Source: Mobula hypostoma
Lineage: Eukaryota
Assembly: GCF_963921235.1 (NCBI RefSeq)
Contig: NC_086097.1
Coordinates: 225,558,001-225,622,000, forward strand
Direction: 5' to 3'
DNA length: 64,000 nt
The position numbers were made by a program, and so were the translations under genes. Shown one piece after another: positions 49,862-63,085 of this stretch. Each line of letters begins with the position of its first letter. The first letter of the stretch is position 1. The notes beneath the pieces were generated by a model. The model saw only the letters and a list, made by a program, of their open reading frames with translations. It was not told where the DNA came from and did not search any database.

Positions 49862-52800
49862 AAATATAGACATAGAAACACAGAAAACCTACAGCACAAT
49901 ACAGGCCCTTCAGCCCACAAAGTTGTGCCGAACATGTCCCTACCTTAGAAATTACTAGACTTCCCCATTGTCCTCTATTTTACTAAGCTCCATGTACCTA
50001 CCTAAAGTCTCTTAAAAGACCTCTATCATATCAGCCTCCACTACCATTGCCGGCAGCCCATTCCACGCACTCACCACTCTCTGAGTAAAAAACTTACCCT
50101 TGACATCTCCTCCGTACCTACTCCCAGCAGCTTAAACCTCTGTCCTCTTGTGGCAACCATTTCAACCCTGGGAAAAAGCCTCTGACTATCTACGTGATCA
50201 ATGCCTCTCGTCATCTTATACACATCTATCAGGTCGCCTTTCATCCTCCGTCGCTCCAAACAGAAAAGACCGAGTTCACTTAACCTATTCTCATAAGGCA
50301 TGCTCCCCAATCCAGGCAACCGCCTTGTAAATCTCCCCTGCACCCTTTCTATAGCTTCCACATCCTTCTGACCAGAGGCAACCAGAACTGAGCATAGTAC
50401 TCCAAGTGTGGTCTGACCAGGGTCCTATATAGCTGCAACATTACCTCTCAGCTCCTAAATTCAATTCCATGATTGATGAAGGCCAATACACTGTACACCT
50501 TCTTAACCACAGAGTCAACCTGCGCAGCTGCTTTGAGTGTCCTAAAGACTTGGACCCCAAGATCCCCCGATTCTCCACATTGCCAAGAGTCTTACCATTA
50601 ATATCATATTCTGCCATCATATTTGACCTACCAAAATGAACCGCATCACACTTATCTGGGTTGAACTCCATCTGCCACTTTTCAGCCCAGTTTTGCATCC
50701 TATCAATGTCCCGCCGTAAATTCTGACAGCCCACAACACCTCCAACCTTTGTGTCATCAGCAAACTTACTAACCCATCCCTCCACTTCCTCATCCAGGTC
50801 ATTTATAAAAATCATCAAGAGTGCGGGTCCCAGAACAGATCCCTGAGGCACACCACTGGTGACCGACCTCTATACAGAAAATGACCCATCTACAACCACA
50901 TTTTGCCTTCTGTGGACGAGCCAGTTCTGGATCCACAAAGCAATGTCCCCTTGGATCCCATGCCTCCTTACTTTTTCAATAAGCCTTGCATGGGGTACCT
51001 TATCAAATGCCTTGCTGAAATCCATATACACTACATCTACTACTCTTCCTTCATCAATGTGTTTAGTCACATCCTCAAAAAATTTAAACAGGCTCGTAAG
51101 GCATGATATGTCCTTGACAAAGCCATGGTGACTATTCCTAATCATATTATACGTCTCCAAATGTTCATAAATCCTGCCTCTCAGGATCTTCTCCAACAAC
51201 TTACCAACCACTGAAGTAAGACTCACTGGTCTATAATTTCCTGGGCTATCTCTATTCCCTTTCTTGAATAAAGGAACAACATCCGCAACCCTCCAATCTT
51301 CCGCAACCTCTCCCGTTCCCATTGATGATGCAAAGATCATCGCCAGAGGCTCAGCAATCTCCTTCCTCGCCTCCCACAGTAGCCTGGGGTACATCTCATC
51401 CAGTCCTGGTGACTTATCCAACTTGATGCTTTCCAAAAGCTCCAGCACATTCTCTTTCTTAGTATCTACATGCTTAAGCTTTTCAGTCTGCTGCAAGTCA
51501 GCACTACAATCACCAAGATCTTTTTCCAGAGTGAATACTGAAGTAAAGTATTCATTAAATACCACTGCTATTTCCTTCGGTTCCATACATACTATCCCAC
51601 TGTCACACTTGATAGGTCCTATTCTTTCACGTCTTATCCGCTTGCTCTTCACATACCTGTAGAATGCCTTGGGGTTTTCCTTAATCCTATCTGCCAAGGC
51701 CTTCTCATGGCCCCTTCTGACTCTCCTAATTTCCTTCTTAAGCTCCTTCTAATCCTTATAATCTTCTAGATCTCTAATATTACCTAGCTCTCTGAACCTT
51801 TTGTAAGCTTTTCTTTTCTTCTTGACTAGATTTATTACAGCCTTTGTACACGATGGTTCCTGTATCTTACCATAACTTCCCTGTCTCATTGGAACATACC
51901 TATGCAGAACTTCACACAAATATCCCCTGAATATTTGCCACATTTCTTCCGTACATTTCCCTGAGAACATCTGTTTCCAATTTAAGCCTCCAATTTCCTG
52001 TCTGATAGCCTCCTAATTCCTCTTACTCCAATTAAACGATTTACTAACTTGTCTGTTCCTACCTCTCTCCAGTGCTATAGTAAAGGAGATAAAATTAGGA
52101 TCACTATCTCCAAAATGCTCTCCCACTGAGAGATCTGACATCTGACCAGGTTCATTTCCCAATACCAAATCAAGTACAGCCTCTCCTCTTGTAGGTTTAT
52201 TTACATATTGTGTCAAGAAACCTTCCTGAACACACATAACAAACTCCACCCCATCTAAACCCCTTGCTCTAGGGAGATGCCAATCGATATTTGGGAAATC
52301 AAAATCTCCCATCACGACAACTCTGTTATTATTACACCTTTACAGGATCTGTTTCCCTATCTGCTCCTCAATATCCCTGTTACTATTGGTCGGCCTATAA
52401 AAAACACCTGGTAAAGTTATAGACCCCTTCTTGTTCCTAACTGCCACCCACAGAAACTCCGTAGATAATCCCTCCATGGATTCCACTTTTTCTGCAGCCG
52501 TGACACTATCTCTGATCAACAGTGCCTCTCCCCCACCTCTTTTGCCTCCCTCCCTGTCCTTTCTGAAACATCTAAAACCTGGCACTTGAAGTAACCATTC
52601 CTGTCCCTGAGCTATCCAAGTCTCTGTAATGGCCACCACATCATATCTCCAAGTACTGACCCACGCTCTAAGTTCATCCACTTTGTTCACAACACTCCTT
52701 GCGTTAAAATAGACACATTTCAAACCTGTGGTCTGAGCACGTCCATTCTCTATCACCTGCCTATCCTCCCTCTCGCACTGTCTACAAACTTTCTCTATAT

Positions 52801-54026
52801 TTGAGCCAACCTCCTCTTCCCCAGTCTCTTCAGTTCAGTTCCCACCCCTCAACAATTCTAGTTTATACTCTCCCCAGTAGCCTTAGCAAACCTCCCGCCA
52901 GGATATTGGTCCCCCTGGGATTCAAGTGCAACCTGTCCTTTTTGTACAGGTCACACCTGCCCCAAAAGAGGTCCCAATGATCCTGAAATCTGAATCCTTG
53001 CCCACTACTCAGCCACACATTTATATCCCATCTCATTCTATTCCTACTCTCACTGTCGCGTGGTGCAGGCAGTATTCCCGAGGTTACTACCTTTGTGGTC
53101 CTGTTTTTCAACTTCCTTCCTAACTCCCTGTAGACTTTTTTCAGGACCTCTTCCCTTCTCCTACCTATGTCATTGGTACCAATATGTACCACAATCTCTG
53201 GCTGTTCTCTCTCCCACTGCAGGATATCTTGGATGCAATCTGAAACATCTCGGACCCTGGCACCTGGGAGGCAAACTACCATCCGAGTTTCTTTCCTCCA
53301 TCTACAGAATTGCCTATTAGACTCCCTAACTATAGAGTCCCCTATTACTGCTGCCATCATCTTCCTTTCCCTACCCTTCTGAGCCATAGGGCCAGACTCT
53401 GTGCCAGAGGCACGGCCAGTGTCACTTCCCCAAGATAGGCTGTACCCCCCAACAGTACTCAAACAGGAGTACTTATTATCAAGGGGTACAGCCACAGAGG
53501 TACTCTCTAGTACCTGACTCTTCCCCTTCCCTCTCCTGACTGTGACCCACTTGTCTGTCTCCTGTGGCCCCGGTGTGACCACCTGCCTATAACTCCTTTC
53601 TATTACCTCCTTGTCTCCCTGACCAAGCGAAGGTCATCGAGCTGCATCTCCAGTTCCCTAACTCGGTCCCTTAGGAGCTGCAACTCGACACAGCTGCTGC
53701 AGATATGGCCGTCTGGGAGGCCCGGAGACTCCACGACCTCCCACATCTGACACCGAGCACAGAAAAATGGCCTCACACTCATACTACTTCATTTCTGCAA
53801 TTAACACAGGTAAACCTACCTTGCTTCTTTCCATTACCGCCTAAGCCCGTTGAGCCAAAGCTCTATCACTCTGCCGCCACTCACTGTGCTGCCCGCTAGA
53901 TATGGCGGTCTTCTTTTTAAACCTTTCACACTCTACTGACTGATGTCACACACCTGCGCAGTCTCCCTTCCCTTTTACCCCGAGTAGTAAAAACTCCCTT
54001 CGCTCCGAAAAATCAGCTGTTCACTC
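49862..54026 (-). mobile_element. Near full-length CR1 LINE (5' UTR, ORF1, ORF2, tail), inactivated by stops and frameshifts
   Basis: ORF1 VIGDSIVR, LPGARV, VHIGTND, DRLHLN; ORF2 [48 protein letters not shown]; ttctgtgtttctatgt tail. Confidence 0.95.
52863..53785 (-). pseudogene. CR1 ORF1: N-terminal Cys finger/coiled coil plus SGNH esterase domain
   Basis: CQMWE..HICSSCVELQLLRDRVRELE upstream of the GDS / G / GTND / DxLH blocks. Confidence 0.85.
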
Positions 54027-54080
54027 AATGAAGTTAATGTTACTCCAGATCTGATGCAACATAAAAACATAATAAGAATA

Positions 54081-54442
54081 GGTGTATGAGATGATGAAGG
54101 ACATTGATCATGTGGATAGCCAGAGACCTTTTTCCCAGGGCTGAGATGGCTAACACGAGGTGTATAGTTTTACAGTGCTTGGAAATAGATACCGAGTGGA
54201 TGTCAGGGGAAGGTTTTCCACACAGAGACTGGTGAGTGCATGAAATGCACTGCTGGCGGTGGTCGTGGAAGCTAATACAATAGGGTCTTTTAAGAGCCTC
54301 TTAGATAGGTACATGGAGGTTAGAAATATAGAGGGCTATGTGCTAGGGAAATTCTAGGCAGTTTCTAGAATATGTTACATGTTTGGAACAATATTGTGGG
54401 TGAAGGGCCTGTAATGTGCTGTAAATTTCTATGTTCTATATT
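54081..54442 (+). mobile_element. CR1 3' fragment
   Basis: VYEMMKDIDHVDSQR..; ttctatgttcta tail; taagaata on both flanks. Confidence 0.8.
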
Positions 54443-55506
54443 AAGAATAAAGAACACAATTTACAAAAACAAACAAACAATAAATATAAATAATAAAGCA
54501 ATCCTATGAAACACAATGTACTGTTGTATTCATCTATATTCTTGATGGTGGGTACGCTGGTGCTGGTGACACATTAGGCAGTTTTAACAACCAGTTTCAG
54601 AGCCTGCCTTCTGTCCGCCGCAGTGCAGTTTTCATATCACACTGTGTTGTTGCTGTTTAGGATGCTTTCCACTGCACATCTCTCGAAAATTCCACATTTC
54701 CAACCAACAAACAGGAGTCAGAATTTACTGCACTTCAAAATCATCCTGCATAATGATTCCACTTTATGTTTTGCTGCAGGAGTTGAATTGTTTGCTTTCT
54801 GCTAATCAACATTTCATTACCTCCGCTGTCTGTCATCGTACTTTGACAGAAATGACCACAGCAGTGCAAATGCACTAGGAATGACCTAACAGTCTTTACG
54901 AGGGAACTATGCTCAAGGGCTGGCCCATGAGTTAAAACCAATATCCATGTTAAAGAATTTTGATACATACTGAATGGGAAAATTATTTTCACTTCTGTAA
55001 AAGATAGCCTGCAGTGAAGATGTTAGATAGTACTTCTATCACACAGATGCACAATATACCTGATCAGCTCAATTTTAAACTGCACACACAATATTATCAA
55101 ATAGTAAGATGTTAAAGATAACCTTTTACCTGCAACTGAACATTTTTTCATCCGTATCATTTATTTCAATAATTCTCAGATTTTGGTTAGAGAAAAAGAA
55201 GTTTAAAGCTATAGATCTGTTGGAAATCTACACCAGAAATCTTAAATAATTGTAACTGGTGTAATATCCACCATGTACTGAGTGCAGCAATTAGACTTGA
55301 TCCAAATGGACTGAAATGTTCACACATCTATTAATTCTAACTTGGTGATCCAACACTCTTAATCTTAATGAAAGATCAAAACTAGATCTTCTCAGAGCTA
55401 ATCATGAACAACTGTAAGGAGTGCAACAAGGTCAAAAACAACTTCCCAGAGCAGACAACTTAACAATAAGTGAACAATGATAAACAAGGTTGGGGAGGGC
55501 ATAGTA

Positions 55507-55641
55507 AATACAAGAACTTCTTCGGATGCAGGAAATCCAATGCAAGGCACGTAAAATGCTGAAGGAATTCAGCAGGTCAGGCAGCATCTACAGAATGAAC
55601 AAGCAGTTGACGTTCCAGGCCAAGGCCCATCTTCAGTATTG
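55507..55641 (-). mobile_element. Short Penelope-derived element headed by a decayed hammerhead
   Basis: Minus strand caata-CTGAAGA-tgggccttggcct-GGAAC-GTC-aactg...gatgctgcctgacctgctgaattcc. Confidence 0.6.
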
Positions 55642-56439
55642 TATATTTTATTGTTCAAGCCTGGTACTTCTTTAACAGGGTAGCCTTTTCAAATAACTTC
55701 TAGAGAACAAAATTCAATGTTGATCATCAGTGGCTTAATGAGAGAGATGTATGAATATTGTTTTTCACTTCCCTGCTGTTCTCGCAATGGATTGGCTGAA
55801 GTAGGGAATGCATGATTTAGGGTTACAAACATGGAGATTTCCATCACGTCGTATAATGTGCTTATAAACCCATATGCTGGGTTCTTCCTAAATAAGACCC
55901 ATTACTACCTGATGACAGGTAGCAGGACTTTAGTGCCTGGCAGTGACCCCAGAGGTTCATTGACAAACTACATCCATAAACAACTTCAATGAAGTCACTA
56001 CTTGTTCTGTGCATGCATCAATGTGAATTTCAGTGAAATACTTCACTTTTATCAAGAGGTTCTTCATCAGTGTATCTAAACCTCCTTATTAATGGCATTA
56101 AGATTCCCAACCTATTCCCCTTGGGAGGATTCAGGTATATCCTGGGGAATCCTTTCATTCTTTTTTATCTCTTCAGCAAAAAATAACACAATTTGTTTAT
56201 TTTTAAGTGTTTCAATTATTTTGAAGACAATTGAGGATAGTTTGGTCAACAATGGCTTAGGCCTCTTTCCTAGCAGGCTCTCGACCAGAAATTTATTTTG
56301 TTCAATCTTCTCCATAGATGATGCTTGACATGCTGACTTCCTTCAACATTTTGTGTGTTTATTACTCTTGTTTTAATAATGCAAAGCCTTCACAAGAGTC
56401 GTTGGATCCATCTGAAGCACCATGGCTGGATACATGTGC

Positions 56440-57020
56440 CTTTAGTTTGCAGATGGTTCCGGGGGTAATGGGGATAAATTCCAACTATCTATTAAACACT
56501 CCCAATGGCACGCATCTCAAGTAGCCTTTGACAACCAAGTCCGGCCCCTGGACTTCACATGTGGCTTAGCTATTAAGCCTGGCAGAACCATTTCTAGTGA
56601 CAGGAGAAGGGGCAAAAGCAGATTACTGCTGCCTTAAAACTAGTCACTTTGGGCAGATGGGGCTCGTCAGCCATGCTTGGCAGCTCATTTAAAAGAAGGA
56701 AAACTCTGATCTCAAACTCCTGCTGTCTTGCAGCTCTACCCACCCATGGAGAAGGCTTTCGGAGTAAACGCTGAAGAAAAATCCAGAATTGGAGTTCCTA
56801 AGGCTCAATGTTGAGTTCAATGCAAACTAGCAATTCCTGCGACACCATCCTGGTCCCAAACTTTTTCGGTCTCTGCCATTCCTTTGGATTCATCATCTGC
56901 ATAGAGAGGGGGAGCCTGCTACATGGGCAACATCTTGCTCTCCAAATCATACTGCCCTAGCTTGTAAATCACGTAGACAGTTGGGAAACACCATCCTTGG
57001 TCGACCCAGACTAATGGAGA
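56440..57020 (+). mobile_element. RTE-like non-autonomous element
   Basis: agaaggaaaactctgatctcaaac motif; homologous to 22600-22975. Confidence 0.6.
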
Positions 57021-57592
57021 TTCTCATTGTGCGGGCAAAGGGAAATCAAACATGTGCGAGAAGACTGCAAAGGGAAGAGCCAAAGATAAAAAGATCAGTA
57101 TGTTTCTGAATCTTCACCATTAAGTAGTATTTTCATGGCCATAAGGATGATGCTTAATTTGGGGATTTAACTTTTGTGAGAGAATTGATGCTGACCAAGC
57201 AACTCTATTAAATACTGTATTATTCAACCATTGAAATTACCTTCTGGCTTCTTAGCTGGAGTCTGTAGATGATGAATCACCATGTAGAGATGAGTCTTAC
57301 ATCTGGTTATTTGATTCCTTTAATAAAACATTTCCAGAAAAGTTGGGCAGGCTGAAGAACAGGATGAAGAAACCAATCATGTGATATTTATGTATTAGTC
57401 TTAGGAAAAATGCTAGATGTTAATGTAAAGAGAACCATGTTAAGAAGAGACATGGAATAAAAAAAGAAAGTTATGAAATAATTGGTGTGTTTTTTTCCAA
57501 CTATAGAGAGATAAAATCATATGAAAGAATAGGATAAGAGGTGTAAAAGTGCAAAATAATTATATTTATGCAAGGAAAATGAAGATTTAGAG

Positions 57593-57658
57593 CAGGGTTT
57601 CCCACCTGTTTTTATACCATGGACTAATACCATTACGCAAGGATACCATGGGCCCCTG
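57593..57658. mobile_element. hAT/Charlie-like MITE, 66 bp
   Basis: CAGGG...CCCTG termini; 8-bp TSD-like flanks atttagag/atctagaa fit the NTCTAGAN target preference. Confidence 0.65.
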
Positions 57659-57934
57659 ATCTAGAACAATGATAAACGGAAAATCCACAATAGAGCTTGA
57701 GTCAGTATCACTGACGATAATCTTGACTCCTGATGACCCTGAAAGACTGAAGGAAATATATTGCCGGGCATTCTCTCAATGCTCTGGACAATATTTAACC
57801 TTTATCTAACACTGAAGATGGGCTGTGAGACTACATGAGTTGAATATTGCTGTGATTTTTACTACGGATTAAACCAGGTAATAATGAAGTGGCCCTGCAA
57901 GATTTGAAAGGTTATCTGAAAAGAAATGATAGGA

Positions 57935-58890
57935 TCATACAGCATAGAAACAGGCTCTTTGACTTGTTGAGTTTGCGCTGAACATCAAGCATCTAATTGC
58001 ATAAATTATTTCTTTAATTCTCCTCACTTTGCCATCAACTATCTCCTACTCAGACCTTACCATTCACTTGTAGAAATTAAAGGAGGAGGGGAAGATGGCT
58101 GCACGACGCAGCTCGCAGCGGCCACTCCGGTGAATGATATCTGTTATCTGTCAAGTAAAGTGCCGTGCACAATCCCGATTTGATGGAGACAGATGTGAGA
58201 GAACGGAAGAACAGCTGGAGAAATTTCTGAAATGCCTTTTTCGCTGCCTGTGTTACTGTGTGATCCAGAATCTCTGGAGGGGAAGGCCCCGAGTCCTCGG
58301 CTTTGCTTGTTGCTCAGCGGCCGGGGCGGGGTCGAAGCGCTCGGCAGAGATGGTGCTCGGTGCTCGGTGTCGAAGGGCTGGTCGGAGGCTCTAAGTTTTT
58401 GGACAGACTCAGTGTTGGCTGTGGTTGGGTGCTTCCAATGCATCGACAGCAGAGAGAGTTTCTCCCTTCTGCTGCCTGCTGTCGGGGACTATCGGGTTCA
58501 ATCGGAACTTTTTTTACCGTTCCCATGGTCTGCTCTTTATCAAATTATGGTATTGTTTTGCACTGCTGTAACTGTATGTTATAATTATGTGGTCTTGTCA
58601 GTGTTAGTCTTTTGGTTTGTCCTGTTTTTTTTTGTGATATCACTCCAGAGGAACATTGTATCATTTCTTCATGCATGCATGCATTTCTAAATGACAATAA
58701 ACGAGGACTGAGTGTCCTCATAATCTAATCTAATCTATTAAACTGTATGCCTTTGCTATGTGGGATAAACTATGGTATCCAGAGGAAACTCACAGAGACA
58801 CAGAGAGCATGCAAACTCCACATAGGCAGCACCAGAAGCTGTGTTGCTGAACTTATGAGACACTAGCTCTACTAGCTGCACTACTGTGTC
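57935..58890 (-). mobile_element. HE1-like SINE split by the 58081-58737 element
   Basis: atacagcatagaaacagg CR1-like tail; gaggaaactcacag..tgcaaactccaca body. Confidence 0.6.
58081..58737 (+). mobile_element. Non-autonomous LINE-derived element, copy 2
   Basis: 5' gggAAGATGGC; 3' aataaa, gaggac-tgagt-gtcctc hairpin, (aatct)3. Confidence 0.85.
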
Positions 58891-58894
58891 ATCC

Positions 58895-59650
58895 TAGAAC
58901 ATAGAACAGCAGACACTTCAACCTCCATTATGTTTTGTCAAGTTAACCTGATGCCACCTTATCTTTTCTGTCTATACATGGCCCATATGCCAACATTTTC
59001 TGCATTTTCGTACATATAATCTGATCTTCATAATTGTCTCTGTCATGTTCGCTTCCACCACCACTACTGGCAGCACATTGCAGGCACCCATCACTCGTGA
59101 ACAAACTTTCTCCCTCTCTCATTAGATGCATGCCCTCTGGAATTAGATATTTCAACCAAATGCCACTGTCTACTCCGTCTATCTATGCCTCTCAGAATTT
59201 TATAAACTTCTAATAGATCTCCCCTCAGCCTCCACCTTTCTGGAGAAACAGTTGTTTGCCCAACCTCTCCTTATAGCACATGCCCTTGAATCTAGGCAGT
59301 GCACTGGTCTGCATCCTCCCCATAGTCTGCTCTTCCTTTCTATAATAGAGCAGTCCGAATAGAATTATAGCCCTTCAGATGTAACCTAACCGGAGATTTA
59401 TCAAACTGCAATATAACTTCCTATGTCTTGAACTCAATAAAGGGAAGTGAGCCATAACCTTTCTTCATGGACTTTTGCCACCACTTAAAGGTCTTACACC
59501 TCAAGATCCCTCTGTATTCTAATTCTGTTGAGGATTCTCCCATTAACATTGTGCGATCCCTTTACATTTGAGCCTCCTAAGTACTGTTACACCACCACAC
59601 ACTAGTCTGGATCAAACTTCATCTGCTATTTCTCTGCTCATATCTGCAAA
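58895..59650 (-). mobile_element. Decayed CR1 3' fragment
   Basis: tagaacatagaac tail; antisense RT C-terminus. Confidence 0.65.
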
Positions 59651-59704
59651 TCTGGTACTATGCCATCTCGCAGTAAAATAGCATTAGATTAGACCGAAAG
59701 GTTA

Positions 59705-60825
59705 CGTGGATTTTCAGAAGGCCTTTGAGAAGATGCCACACATGAAGCAGCTGAACAAGATAAAAGCTGTGGTATTACAGGGAATATACTAGCATTGGTA
59801 GGTAATTGGCTGACTGGCAGGAGGCAATGAATGGGAATAAGAGTCCTTTTTTGGTTGGCTGCAGGTGATTAGTGGTGTTTAGGTTGGTATTGAGAGAGCT
59901 TTTTTTCACATGTCAATGATTAGGATGACAGAATTGATGGCTTTGTGGTCAAGTTTGCAAACTATATAAAGTTAGGTGGAGGGGTAGGGAGTGTTGAGAA
60001 AGCAGGGATTCCACAGAAAGTCTTGGGAGAGATTGGGTGAAGAAGTGGCAGATGTAATATAGTGAAGAGAAGTATATGGTCAATTATATTGGTTGAAGAA
60101 ATAAAGGCAGAGATTATTTTCTAAATGGGAAAAAAATATTCAAAAATCTGAGGTGTAAAGGGATTTGGGATTACCTGTGCAGGATTCCTTAAAGGTTAAT
60201 TTGCAGATTAAGTTGGTGGTAAGGAAGGCAAATGTAATGCTAACATTCATTTTGAGAGGATTAGAATATGAAAGCAAGAATGTGATTCTGGGGTCTTATA
60301 AAGTATTGGTCAGACCACATTTGGCATATTGTTAGCAGTTTTTGGCCCCTTATCTAAGAAAAGCTGTGCTGTCATTGGAGAGACTCTTGTTGAGGTTCAC
60401 AAGAACAATTCTCGTTAATGTATGATGAGCATTTGATGGCTGTGGGCCTGTACTTGCTGAGTTTAGAAGATTGAGGGAGACTCTCATTGAAACCTATCAA
60501 ATATTGAAAGACCTACACAGAGTGGATGTGGAGAGAATGCTTCCTAAAGTGGGTGGGTCCATGACCAGAGGGCACAGCTTCAGAATAGAGGAACATCCAT
60601 TATAACAGGATTGAGAGAGAACATCTTTAGCCAGCTAGTGGTGAATCTGTGGAGTTCATTGCACAGATGGCTGTGGAGGCCAGGTCATTGGGTTTGTTTA
60701 AAGCAGAGGTTAATTGATTTTTGGTTTTTCAGGATATCAAAGGTTACAGTAAGAATAAGGTTGAGAGGAAAAATAAATAGATGGGCCAAGTGGCCTAATT
60801 CTGTTCCTGTGTCTTATGGTCTTCT
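59705..60825 (+). mobile_element. Decayed CR1 RT and 3' fragment
   Basis: DFQKAFEKMPH, LVRPHLAYC; 3' UTR tggcctaattctgttcctgtgtcttatggtct. Confidence 0.8.
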
Positions 60826-61990
60826 GGTATGCATAGTAATTTTATTTTGCATAGAGAAACAGACATGGCAGTAAAAATATCATTTGTCAACAATAGCTTA
60901 ATATACAGTTATTAATGTCAAAGCCATCGTAATAACTAATTCCTTACTCCATTGGAAAATTATGATAAGCCTTCCTCTTGAACTTTTGGTGGCAATGCTT
61001 TTATATCAGTATTAAGGAGCAAATTGTGGTTGTTATAATCTTTTTTGCAAGTTAACAAACTGGGCTTCGTTCCCTTAATAAGGGAGTTGATAGAGTGAAT
61101 TAGGGGAGACTTTTTCTGTTGATCAATGGACCAAAAGCCCATCTGTTAACAAATATATTTATGAGTTGGGAAGATAATTAAGGTAACTTGTTTTATTTGC
61201 TGAAATGCACTGTCAAAAAGAAAGTGAAATGAGTTGTGATAGTAACTTTCAAAAGGGGGGGGGGTTGCGGAAGCTAATATAGGACAATGACAAAAGAATG
61301 GAAATTTGAGCATCGCTTCTTTTCAAGAACCAGCATAAATCCAACACTCTAGCTTAAGATTTTATCTGAATATGTTGGATTAGTTTAGCATTAAACACAC
61401 TTGTTATGATTGGAATCATGTGCAGGCCAAATAGGATATAGATTCACATGTCTCTTCCCTGAAGATAACTACTATTTGATTTGTTATTCTTTCTATAGTG
61501 CTGATTAACAAATTGAGATTTCTTGAATTCACTGCTACAAATTATTATGGATACATCTTGGAAATGTCTTCATATGTCTCAGACCATAAAGCAGTCGCAA
61601 AATTATAGAGCAGACTCCAGCAGACTGAATGGCCTAATTCTGCTCTTATGTCTTACGGTTTCAAATGAACTGATCTGATCTCACAAGTTCTGATTACATT
61701 TTCCTCAGAAGGAGAAAGGTCTCAATGTCACATCCACAGTCAGCGAGTGGTGATAGGTTGTAATCCAGTCTCCTAAAACACCCGAGGATCCAAGCACGTG
61801 GGAAACAGGAAGGAAGGAAAACTCTTAAGCTACTCCCAAGTATTTAGTAAATTCAAAAAAGATGTTTTAAATGAAATGTCAAATAAAAGCATATCTCAGT
61901 GATTTTTTTTTGGTACCTGAAATATTACATTGTCAGCCAATCGTAGCAGGTCAATGTGTGTAGTTTTTTTTCCCATGTGTTTGACATTGT

Positions 61991-62069
61991 AAAATCTTGT
62001 CACATTTTGAGGAAGCAAGACTTGCGAAAAAAATCTTGTCAAATTTTGAGGAAGCAAGACTTGTGGAAA
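61991..62069. repeat. 39-bp tandem duplication
   Basis: aaaatcttgtca(c/a)attttgaggaagcaagacttg occurs twice. Confidence 0.9.
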
Positions 62070-62794
62070 AAAAAATTGTTGTCCAGTGTAATAAATTTAC
62101 TTCGAACTTTGAAGGTTAGATAAGTTTTGGCTGATTTAGTTACCCAATTCAGCTGGAATGGAATCTCAATACTCGTGATTTTTAGTCTTCCAGTGCATCT
62201 GTTAATGATATATTTGTCACTGAACCATTAGTTCACAATAAGATGGAAATTGTTGTTATTGTGATAGTTGGTGCATTCATTCTAAAAGGTTTCAGGCTCA
62301 GTTAAAGGTATTAGCTTCCAGGAGTGAGTTTGAATTGAACCTTGTTTTTATCACAGGGCTCTACTTTAATACTATAAGCTGCTTTTACATTTAATTAGGT
62401 AGTCTCTTAGAATTCAAGATATCTTGTATCAACTCTGGGTTTGTTGATTCTGAGGTGATTATTAAAGATGATATGGGAAATATAACATCTACCAATGGAC
62501 CAGGCGGGTATATAGTATGTGAAGCAAGTGTTACTTCTGTTTACACAGGTTGGTTCTAATGAATGGACTCTTCTCTTCCACCACTTTGAGCAGTCGTGCA
62601 AGAGGAGTTCCCAATAGTCAGTGGGGATATTGCATTATTGCAAGGAGGTTATGAGTATACCCCTGAATCTTCTTTGGACACCTTATAATCTTTTCCTGTA
62701 GCAGAACTCAGAATAAAGCAATTATTTAGGATCTGAGGTGAAAGAGATGAAGAATCAGATTATATGATGTTTCTTGCTCCCTCATGTCCAACTG

Positions 62795-63085
62795 GTGTCT
62801 AGGACCAGAGGGCACAGCCTCAGAATAAAAGGACATCCCTTTTAGAAAGAGCTGAAGAGAAATTTCAGCTTCAAATGGTGGTGAAATTGTAGAAATCATT
62901 GCCACAGATGGTTGAGGAGGCCAAGTCACTGGGTATATTGAAAGCAGAGGCCGATTGTTTCTTGATTAATAATGGTGTCAAATGTTATGGAGAGAAGGTA
63001 GGAGAATGGGGTTGAGAGGGATACTTAGCCATGGTGGAATGGTGGAGAAGACTTGATGGGCTGAATGACCTAATTCTGCTCCTGT
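62795..63085 (+). mobile_element. CR1 3' fragment
   Basis: tctaggaccagagggcacagcctcagaata...ctgaatgacctaattctgctcct. Confidence 0.75.

Noticed and set aside
56280..56360. Another Penelope-like 3' remnant
   Set aside because: Too decayed to show a hammerhead core or boundaries
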